The notes beneath the pieces were generated by a model. The model worked only from the letters and a program-made list of their open reading frames with translations, made no database searches and was not told the origin of the DNA. From Gracilinanus agilis (Eukaryota): a DNA stretch of 63,885 nt. Location of the stretch: the NCBI RefSeq assembly GCF_016433145.1, contig NC_058131.1, forward strand, positions 160,041,522 to 160,105,406, read 5' to 3'. Positions 11,711 to 22,320 of the stretch are shown piece by piece (within the stretch, counting starts at the first letter, position 1; every line of letters starts with the position of its first letter). A program made the translations under genes and the position numbers.

Positions 11711-12260
11711 CGTGGCCTCGGGTCCTGGGGCGAGCTAAGCCCCTTTTAGAGATCTGGGGGGCCCTTTGTGGGCTCAATCACGCCAGCCTGACGTTAGAGG
11801 GGAGGATGCCTAAGCGCTCTTTTCAGTGTCTGTAGGCGAGGAGCCGGGAAGAAGAGACCCGGCAGCATCCAATACCTGCAAACGTCTCCGAGAAAACGGG
11901 GAGGGAACGAAGGCACAAGACAGGGGCAGTTTATGAAAAAGACAAACTCAAAAGCCCGCCTCCTCGGATGGGAGACTTCTGAAAGAAAGGGAGGAGAATT
12001 TGGGGAAACGGAGATAAGTAAGGGATGGCATCCACTCCTCAGGAGAGGACAGGCGCCGGGTGCCGAGGCGTCGCTCCGAACTGGGAGGCGGCCCGGGGAG
12101 CTCTGGCCACTGGAAGCCGCATTTCAGCAGCCCAGAGCTGACCTCTGCCGGGGGTCCAGGCCAACTGCACGGAGTGGCGGGTAGGAAGGGAGAAGGGTGT
12201 GGCCAGCGGCCAATGGGCGGAGGGGGAGCCACCCAAGAAGCCAGAGGTCGGAAAAAAGGG
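11640..12260. promoter_or_regulatory. CpG-rich promoter/enhancer-like segment between the NPM2 3' end and FGF17
   Basis: Roughly 30 CpGs in about 620 bp, with GGCCAATGG (CCAAT 12210-12214) abutting GGGCGGAGGGG (12215-12225). Confidence 0.55.
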
Positions 12261-12370
12261 TTTTTCTCGTGATGGTTTATTGTTATCAGTGCATGTGGTT
12301 TATAATAATTATTGTTCTATTAAATATGGTCTATTATCATCAGCAGTTGCCCTTCTCGTCTTTTTTGCTC
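12255..12370 (-). other. NPM2: Predicted non-coding terminal exon of NPM2 (3' UTR intron 12592-12371)
   Basis: Donor AAG|GTGAGT 30 nt after the stop codon, acceptor ctctctttgttttttacag| at 12371, and AATAAA inside the exon. Confidence 0.6.
12276..12281 (-). terminator. NPM2 polyadenylation signal AATAAA
   Basis: Plus strand TTTATT at the end of the AT-rich non-coding terminal exon that starts at 12370. Confidence 0.7.
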
Positions 12371-12622
12371 CTGTAAAAAACAAAGAGAGCCTGTGGGAGA
12401 AAGGGGCTGTGGGAGAAGAGCTGTCCCCACCATGCCTCAGCGTGCCCCGCCTCCACCCTGCCAGCCACGCCAGAGCCTCCCCAAGGGGCAGGGAACGGGC
12501 CGTGGCATTTTTCTCTTCTTCCACAAACTTCTCCACTGGGGGACAGACCTTGAGGGAAACCAAGGCACCCCATTCATTCCCGACTCACTCACCTTTCCTA
12601 CCTCTGCTCCAGGTTGCCTTTA

Positions 12623-15600
12623 TTACTTGAAGGTCATCCTTGCATTCTTGGCTCTGGCCTGTTGGGGAAAAGGGGCTTTGTGTTCCCTAGCTCGGAGCAT
12701 GGGGCCCCACCTTAACGTAAACCCTGCCATCTTCTCCTTTAGTTCTTACCTTTGATTCCGGACTCTTCAGGGTTGGGGCACTAAGAAGAGAGAAAGGGGT
12801 CTCACACTGGGGCCTCTCGGCACCAGGCTAAAGTAGAAGCGCTGCTCCCAGAGCAGGAAAGTGGAACTTTGGACAGTTTTGGGGAAGGAAGGAGAAGCAC
12901 CGATTTGGAGGAATGGAGGAAGCAAGCGAGATGACTCCCTTCTAGACCCTCTAACCTCTCTTGGTTGCCTCAGACTCACCTATGAGCTTCCGACAGCTTC
13001 TTTTTCTGCATTTAAAGAAAATAACAATAGCCAGGATGGACTAAGTGGCTCCTTAGCAAGGACTTCCCTAAAACAATGTACTAGATACGTCTTCCCTTCC
13101 ATTTGTGGGTGTCTGTTGGCAGCACCCTATTCTCAAGGGTCCCAATGGGCACTGGATCATGGAATTTAGGGCCAGAAGAGACTTTAGATGACACCTAGTT
13201 CAACTCTTTCTTTTTACACACAAAGAAACAGAGGTTAAGCCTCAGGTCACACAACTAGTCAAGGTCAAAAGTAAGACTGGGATTTGCATCTTTCTGACTC
13301 CCTGTCCAACAACTCCAAGCACTAGGTGATGAGGATTGAAAGGAATTTAAAGTGTGATGAGCTCTTTGAGTTCTAGTCTAACTCCTTGATTCTTTTTTTT
13401 TTTTAAACCCATACCTTCCATCTTAGATTCAATGCTATGTATTGTTTCTAAGGCAGAAGAACAGTAAGAACTAGACAATGAGGGTTAAGGGACTTGCCCA
13501 GGGTCACACAGCTGGGAAGTGTCTGAGGCCAGATTTGATGCCAGGACCTCCCTTCTCTAGGCCTGGCTTTCTATCTACTGAGCTATCTAGCTTCCCCCTA
13601 AACTTCTTTATTCTGTACAGATCTTACTTTTTTCTTTTTACAGATGTTCAGTGACACACAGGTAGTAAACAGAAGAGCCAATATTTGGACTTTGATTCTC
13701 TGGCTCCAAATCTAGAGCTCTTTCCACATGTCTTGGTCAGGGGGACCATTGATCCCATAAGCTGTACCTTTCATCAATACTGTATATTGGTTCCAAGGCT
13801 AAAGAGTAGTGAGGGCTAGGCACTGGGGGTCAAGGGACTTGTCTAACTTGACAGCTAGGAAGTGTGAGGTCAGATTTGAACCCATGGCCTCCCGTTACCC
13901 TGAATCTTCTAATCCTCATGTCCCAGACACCATCCAGGAACTCCACTCTCACCTTTGCGACACTAGCCTGGCTGTTGGAAGCTAGTCGCTTGGTTGATTT
14001 AGGTGGAGAAGCCTCCAGGGATATCTCATCAGAATCTTCATCAGCATCATCTTCTTCCTCACTGGCCTCTTCTTCCTCTTCACTGGCCTCTTCATCCTCA
14101 TCCCTCTCTCCTTCCTCCCAGGGCAGGTCTAAAGTCACTGTGGAAGTGATGAACAAGATTGAGCCTGCATTAAATCAAAACAACTGAGGTAACACCTCAC
14201 ACCTAGCAGATTAATTAACGTGACAGCAAAGGAAATAATAAATGTTGGAGGGGATCTGGCAAGATTGGGACACTAATGCATTGTTGGTGTTGTGAATTGA
14301 TCCAAATTCATTGCCATTCTGGATGGTAAGTTGGAACTATGCCCAAAGGTCATTAAAAAACTGTCTTACCTTTGATCCAGCCATACCACTGTTGGGTTTA
14401 TACCCCAAAGAGATCAAAGGGGAAAAGACTCGTACAAAAATATTTATAGTCACATTCTTTGTGGTGGCAAAAAAATTGGAAAATGAGGGGATGCCCTTTG
14501 ATTGGGGAATGGCTAAACAAATTGTGGTGTCTGTTGGTGATGGAACACTATTGTGCTCAAAGGAATAATAAACTGGAGGAATTCCATGTGAACTGGAAAG
14601 ACCTCCAGGAATTGATGCAGAGTGAAAGGAGCAGAGCCAGAAGAACATCGTACACAGAGACTGATACACTGTGGCACAATCGAATGTAATGGACTTCTGT
14701 ACTAGCAGCAGTGCAATGATCCAGGACAATTCTGAGAGACTTATGAGAAAGAAAACTACCCACATCCAGAGGAAGAACTGTGGGAGTAGAAACACAGAAG
14801 AAAAACAACTGCTTGATCACATGGTTGATGAGGAATTTGGGATGTAGACTCTAGGTGATCACCCTAGTGCAAATATTAATAATATGGAAATAGGTCTTGA
14901 TCAATGATACATGTAAAACCCAGTGGAATTGCGCATTGGCTACGGGAGGGTGTGGGTAGAGGGGAGGAAAAGAACATGAATCTTGTAACCAAGTAAAAAT
15001 ATTCTAAATTAATTAATTAAATAAAATGTTCCAAATTCAAAAAAAAATGAACTTGCATTCTCCAAAGCCTTTTTTTGTCCTCAGTGTTAAAAATAGATTA
15101 ATTAGCCTGACAAGACTTGAGTAAACTGATGCACAGTCAAGAAAATAGCACATGCAATGACCATCAAAACATAAATGGGAGATCAATGCCATAAAACAAT
15201 TGAAAATGAATATCACAAAACTACAAAGAACAGTGTTGGGCTAAAAGAAGGGATATGAATAGATACCTCTCTTTATGCCTTTGCTGCTATGTATGCATGT
15301 GTGGTGATGGGATGTCTACGGGGATGGAATACTGCATATATTGTGAGATTTTTTTTTTGGATGAATTGATTGATTTTGTCCATTCTCTCCTTCCCCCTCC
15401 CCATCTTCCTTTTCTAGTTTTCTCTAAAGATTTCTATGTTATGGGAGTAGCTGGGTGGCTCAGAGGTTGGAGAGTCAGGCCTAGAGATGGTGGTCCTAGG
15501 TTCAAATCTGGTCTCAGACACTTCCTAGTTGTGGGATCCTGGGCAAGTCACTTAACCCCCATTGCCTAGCCCTTACTGTTCTGCCTTGGAAGCAATACTT

Positions 15601-17865
15601 GTACTAAGATAGAAGATAAGGGTTTAAAAAGAAAAGAAAAGGCAGATTGGAGCCAGTTTGGGGAAAACTTTGAATTTCAGGCCAAAGTTTCTTGGACAAG
15701 GAGAAAAACTAAAGAATTTTGAGCAGGGAAGTAGAAGACTTGTTTGGGGAATATTAGTCCCCTATTACCTATTATGATGTTATGTGTCCTTCATTTTTTT
15801 TTGTTTTTGTTTTCTAACAACCCTTACCTTTTGTCTTAGAATCAATATGAAGTGTTGATTTTAAGGCAGAAGGGTGGCAAAGGGCTAGACAAATAGGCTT
15901 CAGTGACTTGTTCACAGGGTCACACAGGTAGAAAGCTTCTGAGGCCACATTTGAACCCAGGACCTCCTGTCTCTAGGCCTGGCTCTCAATCCCTGAGCCA
16001 TCATTGCCCCTCTCCTTTGTTTTTTTGGAAAGGACCAAGGACATCACGATGCTGGGGTTGGAGTAGAGGGTGTTTGTGATGGCTGATCCAAGAGTCCAGA
16101 AGGCTGAGCACAAACATTTGGGGTGGCTATTCCTCTAGATTTGTGCATCCCCCATTTCCTTTGTGCTCTTGTGATTCTCCTTTGCTTGTGGAATACGATG
16201 CCTTCTTCGACATGGGCATGCCATGCGGGATGGCACTGTGCCAGCGGGCTCTCCCGTGTCTCACTAGAGTTCTTCAGAGACCTGGAGAATGTGCCTGCTA
16301 CGAACCTGGCACTGCAGACTTACCAGTAAGATCACGGCCGCTGATGTGGACTGGCCCTGAGCCTGACCGAAGATGCAAAGTGATGGGGGGAGTGAGCTCC
16401 ATTCCTGAAATGTTGGCCTGAAAAAGGAAGCAACCAGGAAGCAGAATTTCTCAGGTTTCTCGCCCCTACCGTCTACTCTGAAGATCCTGGTTTTGCTGAG
16501 AAACAGCTTTGGAGAAAAGCAGGTGAAGTGTATCAGTCTTCAGTTACAGAATATCCCAGGGCAGCTAGATGGCCCGGTGGATAGAGAGCCAGGCCTGGAG
16601 ATGGAAGGTCCCAAGTTCAAATTTGACCTTAGACACTTCCTAGCTGTGTGACCCTGGGCAAGTCACTTAATCCCCATTGCCTTACTGTTCTTCTGCCTTT
16701 AAAATGATATGTGCATTGATTCTAAGATGGAAGGTAAGAGTTAAAAAAAAAAGAAAGGTATAAGGTATCTCAAAAGTCTCAGTGCAGTTGTTTAGCTTTA
16801 ATAAACTTATTCTATTATTTAAGCTTAAACTATCACTGCCCGGGGACAACCCTATATTCCTGCTGAAACGGATGTCAGGAGTCATCTTAATTCTGGTTCT
16901 TTCTTCTGCCCCTCTTCAGTCTCTCTACTTCCTTTGGTACTTAATATTTCTCTTATTTCCTGTGCTAATATTTATTCAGATAAGTTACTCCTCCCAGAAG
17001 CCTTGCATTTTAAAAAAGATGGGCAATTTTTGACTTAAAGGAATGAATCTCTAAGGGTAGAATTTCAGAGAAAGCAATTTGCTTCACTCCCTATTCATCT
17101 CCCACCCTTTGTTGATGGACCAGAGGGTAGCTTACCATGGGTAGGACTGAGGGCTTCAGCATGGCAATGGGAACTGGTGGTGTCTTCTTGCCATTCTCAT
17201 CAGGGGGTGGTATGACCTCCACTATATTTAGCTCATCTTTGGCCTTCTCCCCTAGGCATACCTGCAAGGGGTATGGGAGCCCACTGAAGCTTCCTCCTAG
17301 CAACTCCCCCATGCCATGGGCATCTGCCGGTACACATTCCCATCATAGTCAGGATTCTCCCTCTCCCCAACCTCCTTCCGTCTCACTTTCTATCACACTT
17401 GATGGTCTGCTTTGAAGTTCACCCACCGTATTCAGAATTAATTTATGATCACCATCTTCCAAAGGATCAAAGGTATAAGAGCGGTTCTCTTGGCTCAACT
17501 CACAGCCTAGAGAGAAGGAGAGGCAAGAGAAGAATGGGGAAGGTGACTACAACAAATATTTTTCTCTGCCACCCCCCTCCCCAGTCCTCTTCTCTACCAT
17601 TTTGGGTTGGCAAACACACAGGTGGAGCTCTGAATATCAATCAACACAAAATTCTGGCTAGAGAAGGCTTTCTAGTCCCAGTGTTGGGAATATAATAGAA
17701 ATGGAGGAAACCCAAAGAAGTAGGGAAGAAGAGTTTTCCTTATCACTAAGGCTGGGAATAAACCACCCAACCTCCCAACTCCTGCAGTAGAAGAATCCTA
17801 CCCCACTTACCCCAGAACAGGGCCAAGGACTTTTCAGTCTTGCTGCTTTCACTCGTTGGAGGCAT
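12623..17865 (-). CDS. NPM2: Nucleoplasmin-2 (oocyte histone chaperone), 210 aa. CDS exons 17865-17811, 17506-17427, 17261-17136, 16417-16324, 14137-13953, 13005-12980, 12780-12750, 12658-12623
   Basis: Nucleoplasmin core ([15 protein letters not shown]...[16 protein letters not shown]...[12 protein letters not shown]...[21 protein letters not shown]), acidic tract, and bipartite NLS KR-x10-KKKK. All introns are GT-AG, the total is 633 nt in frame, and the gene lies between XPO7 and FGF17 as in human. The three short terminal exons are less certain than the core. Confidence 0.93.
13391..13598 (-). mobile_element. SINE1_Mdo-like SINE (a second partial copy lies at ~13771-13895)
   Basis: Poly-T then aaaccc..ccttccatcttag...gacttgcccagggtcacacagctgggaagtgtctgaggcc. 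Confidence 0.85.
14171..15047 (+). mobile_element. 5'-truncated LINE-1 (ORF2 C-terminal end, 3' UTR, A tail), antisense in NPM2 intron 4
   Basis: ORF2-like peptide [18 protein letters not shown]...[12 protein letters not shown], frameshifted, ending in aataaa and an A-rich tail. Confidence 0.9.
15444..15640 (+). mobile_element. SINE1_Mdo-like SINE
   Basis: Typical head, CORE-derived middle and A-rich tail. Confidence 0.85.
15794..16010 (-). mobile_element. SINE1_Mdo-like SINE
   Basis: Reverse complement of the same family, inverted relative to its neighbours. Confidence 0.85.
16559..16752 (+). mobile_element. SINE1_Mdo-like SINE
   Basis: gggcagctagatgg...gttcaaat...gtgaccctgggcaagtcactt...gatggaaggtaagagttaaaaaaa. 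Confidence 0.9.
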
Positions 17866-18399
17866 GATGCTTGGGGAGGGAGTTTCAAGGGTACCTAAGG
17901 CTGTGAGAAGAAGAAGGGAGACAGGTAAGGCTGCCCCAACAACCTTAGCCAACAGGAATCTTCCAGGCTTCTGAACTCTAACTATTCTAACTTCTGTCTA
18001 TCCCTTTCCTTCAACCTATTATTTGTTGTATGACCATCTGTTCAGAATTTGGGCCTTCTATCCTCAAATAAAACTGTAAGTTCTTCTTGTTTGTTTTTTG
18101 TATTCCCCCAAAGCCCCAAGGTAGGGGCACATAATAGGAATCACTAAAGACATATGGGGAGGGGGAGAAGCAAAATTTAATCCTAAACTATGGAATTTTA
18201 ATGCTCAGAGGTCATCCTTTTCTTTCTTAGGCACCATCTTTCCCATCTACTGGGCCTTTATGAAACTTTTAAGTAAAAAGGCCAGGAATCAGGAAGCCTC
18301 CAGTTGCCTGCCCTTACAGAATGAACTTTCTTTTCCCCCTTAACTCCAGTCATTCTATCCTAGTTCAGCCTTTCTGCCACTGCTCCCTCAGCTACATTA

Positions 18400-18490
18400 C
18401 CTCCATGCTCACCCCTATTCCATTGCCTTTTACTATAAGGCGGGGAAGTCACACAGATGGTTCTTATGAAGCTTGTTAGGTCCAATCAGC
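18400..18490 (-). promoter_or_regulatory. Candidate NPM2 oocyte promoter
   Basis: In minus-strand order: CCAAT box (18482-18486), E-box CATCTG (18459-18454), GC box (18445-18439) and TATA-like TATAGTAAAA (from 18437). Lies about 0.55 kb upstream of the ATG-exon acceptor at 17901. Confidence 0.4.
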
Positions 18491-18984
18491 CTACTGGTTG
18501 TAGGTCTTAAAGTAGAAGAGGCCTCTTCCCTTTTCCTTAGTGTGTGTCTTTTGTGTTTCTATTTATTAGTTCTTTCTCAGGAGGTGGACATTCACAATTT
18601 ATTCTTCAAACATTATTTCTGTAGCTTTATATAATGTTCTTTTGGTTCTACTAATGAGACTTTTCTTTTTATTTATAGTATTTATAGAAGATTTAGGATC
18701 TGTTCAGCTAGGAAATGAGGAAGAAAGGCAAGAATAAGTCTTTGAGGACATAGTCTTATCTTGTAAATAGATTAACATACATTCAGCAAACATTTAGTTT
18801 TTTATTATTATTCTTTCAGTATCTCAACATTTTGTATTTCTATCCCCAGCCTCCAGTATAGTGCTCTGTCTAGTTATAGAAAAAATATCTGGTACCACAT
18901 ACCAAAATAAGCACCAAAAAAGATACATAACCTAGATATAAAAAGTCAGATTATTAAGAAACTAGAGAAAAATGTAACTTAAAA

Positions 18985-19235
18985 AAAGGGACATCTAGTT
19001 AGTGCAGTGGACAGAGCACCAGACCTGGAATCAGGCTCTTCTTCCTGAGTTCAAATCTGGTCTTGGACACTGACCCTGCAACCCTGGGCAAATCACTTAA
19101 CTCTGTTTGCCTCAGTTTCCTCATCTGTAAAATGAACTTAAGAAGGAAATGGCAAATTATTTCAGTATTTTTGCCAAGAAAACACCAAATGGGGTAATGC
19201 AGAATTGGGTACTATTGAAGTGACCGAACAACAAA
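18985..19235 (+). mobile_element. MIR/MAR1-type SINE nested in decayed L1 sequence
   Basis: CORE motif with a gaaggaaatggcaaa...gccaagaaaac tail, flanked by L1-like fragments. Confidence 0.75.
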
Positions 19236-19559
19236 ACATTTAAGACAATTTCTAGGTTTTGCCTCACACCTATCAAATTGACAGAGGGATTTCAGAGTTC
19301 AAGATTTTGGAAATAGTTTCAAGTGATGGTGAGATTGAAAGTAGTTCAAGTAGAATGGACAATGAAGGTCACTGGAATCAAGGAAGTTAGGGAGCTTTGA
19401 GTCTTTCGTGTTATAGAAGGGTCATCTAGGTACAGAGGATGTTGGCAAAGGGTGATAATGATAAGAAGAGGTGAACCAAGTACTATTGACTTTAAGAAAG
19501 GTGGGACAACATCATGGAGATCAAAAGTCAGGGCAGATAACGCTTTGGTAAGTCCAAGA

Positions 19560-19990
19560 TCTCATCAATGTAGATATTCTTTCCAATAGTGCAAATCACT
19601 ATCTATCTCTATCTTTTCAAACTAATACTTATCCATGTCCTCCCACATCTATTTTGTAAAAAACCCACCCAGTGCATTAAAGGGACTTCTTGTAGGTCTC
19701 AACATTATGTGGTGCTGATGTAGTAACTGAGTTATCCTTTTTTCATGCCTCATACTTGTTAATGGGATGGTCCTACTTCTTTTATCCATTATGTATCTGC
19801 TGAATGATATCTTTTATTCTTCTTGTGTGTAAATCATCTTTGGTAACATACTACATTCTCTTTATGAACTACCATTCATCTTTTCATTACCCTTTGGGTA
19901 ACTGGAAATAATAATCCTTTGGAGATTGTAGCATTTCATTCACCATTTATAGTCTCTGGGGATAATAGTGGTGTTTTAAAAAGATGAATT
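19560..19990 (-). mobile_element. Decayed RTE-like LINE 3' fragment
   Basis: Minus strand resembles the RTE ORF C-terminal region (…cacataatgttgagacctacaagaagtccc…gcactgggtggg). Heavily degenerate, family uncertain. Confidence 0.35.
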
Positions 19991-20924
19991 TTATTATTTT
20001 TGGGGGGAGCATCTTGGGATTGAGAGTGATGCACAGTTTCTCAAATACAATCCAGCTCACTTTCTTTCTGCTGTTCAATCCTAGGGTCAACACATTGTTC
20101 ATTTGTAATGTCTGTCCTGGATTTTATATATGGAAAAACTAACTCAGTGGAATATCTGTTGAACTGCATGTCATAGCCTGGCAAAAAGTCATTTTTCATT
20201 CACTTAATTTTTCCCAGGTGGATTTAACACAAATGACATGTTTAAATTACTGTTAGGGGAAGGAGATAAGACAATAACTAAAACTTATAGGACTTTATGG
20301 TTTACAAAGATATCAAATACTAACGTCTCCCTTTCTCTTCCTAATCCCTAAATTTGTCTGAAATTTGTCCAAAGTTTAAGCCTTTGTGTTTTACAGATAT
20401 CCTAGAGCACCTTCTTAACCTTATACTCAATCAATAAATATTTTTAAGTATCATCTATGTGCCAGGCATTGTACTAAGTGTTGGGGCACTGTGCTAAGCA
20501 CTGGAAATTGTGCCTTTGTAGGTAATAATTCACAAGGCAAAGTCTGTGTTTTTCTACAAACTGTTGCTGATCACTCTCTTTCAGGTATCAGTTAAGTCAA
20601 TCTGGTTCTTAAAGTCAGGGGCTCATGGCCTGCAATCCTTAAATGGTGAGTGTTCGTGAGAACTGGAGCCTCTACTGGGTGTTTTAATGAGGTGCTAGAC
20701 CAGATGAGGTCCTAATTTCTAACTCAGCTGATGAGAAAACTCTTCTCAAGGGTTATGGACTCTGATCTGAATAATGAGGCCTTTTCCTAATGGCTTGGAA
20801 TATTAAATGAAGATCAGGTCAACTAACAACCTATGATTCCTACAGCTGGAATGAGTTAATCTCTTCCAGAGGAAACCTGGAAGGCAGGAAGCTAAAAATT
20901 CCTTTGATCATCTTAAAATTTTTA

Positions 20925-21122
20925 GGGAGGGTAAGCTAGGTGAGTAGATAGAAAACCTGGCTTGAAGACAGATCTTGAGTTCAATTTTGACCTGACACTT
21001 CCTAGCTGTGTGAACCCAGGGCAAGTCAATGAACTATATAGTTGCCGAGCTCTTTCTACTCTTCTGCTTTGGAAACAATACTTAGTATGGGTTTTAAGGT
21101 GATTGTCTGGGCTTAAAAAAAA
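20925..21122 (+). mobile_element. SINE1_Mdo-like SINE (diverged)
   Basis: Head, CORE-derived middle and A tail recognisable. Confidence 0.7.
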
Positions 21123-21429
21123 AGTTGGGAGCTTTGAAAACTAAAACTGTTATTTTATCCTTTTGAGTATGAAAAAAAGACTATGTGCCACTGTACTAAA
21201 TTTGGGATACAAAAATAGCGCAAAAGGAATTGGCATCGTAACTGAGGAAAACAAACGGGCCAGAGAATGGTAGGCAGAAGAGACATTTCGGACTAAACCA
21301 ATACAGGGATAATACGGAATATGGGAGAAGGAGGTTGACACCTCCGACCCAGGGACAATGGCAGCTTAGATCCAATCATGGTTCCTGGTTCCAGAACTAA
21401 AATGTGTACGGAGGAGGCTGCACTGCAGG

Positions 21430-22320
21430 CAGGGAGTCGTTAGGCGGTTGTAGACGTGGCAGGAGAGAGGAATACAGTGAGAAGGGTAGCCTTCCTGGGC
21501 CGGGGGCAATTTGCAAACAGCGGAGTTGACGACGGAAGTACTTCCAGGGTACTAAAATAACGATTTCCCTGGCCAATAAGCGGGTGGGACAACTATCTCT
21601 CCTTAGCCTTATTTCGGAAGTGCCCCGAGATCTTATCCTTCACTAAAGGCGTCGCTACTGCCCCCTCTCGCCGAAGCCCAAGCGCCGGCAGACAGTCTCG
21701 CTAGTGCGATTGCGCCAAATACAAACAGGGGCGGGGGGGAGGGAGAGGAAGAGGAAGGAGAAAAAGGATGAAAGAAGGTTGCTAGCTCTCTTCCCCAATT
21801 TTCTTCATTTCACTTTTTCTTTCGCGTCAGAGCGACTAGAGCGTGCGCAGGCGCATTGGCAGCCCAGCCAGCTTTCCCAACTCTTTTCGCTTTTCCTCTT
21901 CGGAGAGGTTCTACTTCCGGTCGCTGCCCGGAACCGGTGATTGCGGGGGTGAGGGGTCAGGAGGAGGGGCATATTTGCTAGGCGGCGATGGCGGCTGGGA
22001 ATGGGGGCAGCTGCCTGGATTCGCTGGTGAGTGTGGTTTCTCTGCGTGGGTCCTGGTGTCAGCTGAATGGGATGGGGCCGTGATCTGTGCTTTTCTCCCG
22101 TAGGGTCCCGGAGAGCTTTTGTCGGCGGCTCACGCGCTTTCCCTGCCAGCCGAGGCCTATGGCAACGATGTAAGTACGAGCTGGGCCCGTGGCGTCTCAC
22201 GCCCGGACGCCCAAGCACCCCTCTGCTCTTGAGGTTTTCCGTGCCCAGTCCCTGCGCCCCTCTAAAGACTGCTCACTTGTTTTGAATCAAGCGGATACTA
22301 CGTGCTCCGCACTCTGCGTT
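21430..22320. promoter_or_regulatory. CpG island and TATA-less promoter of PBDC1
   Basis: CpG-dense in an otherwise CpG-poor window. NRF1-like TGCGCAGGCGCA 21844-21855; ETS/GABP cores at 21533-21539, 21615-21621, 21913-21920 and 21928-21933; CCAAT 21573-21577; GC box near 21728. Confidence 0.85.

Noticed and set aside
12393-12563. Coding-looking GC-rich stretch as an extra NPM2 exon
   Set aside because: The homologous terminal coding exon ([11 protein letters not shown]) is at 12658-12623, so this stretch lies after the stop, inside the 3' UTR intron.
14311-14820. Several 76-152 aa ORFs
   Set aside because: Fragments and antisense frames of a truncated LINE-1.
20728-20760. Hammerhead ribozyme core (CTGATGA plus hairpin); other CTGATGA hits checked on both strands
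   Set aside because: No GAAA after stem II, and no stems I/III or cleavage triplet could be built.
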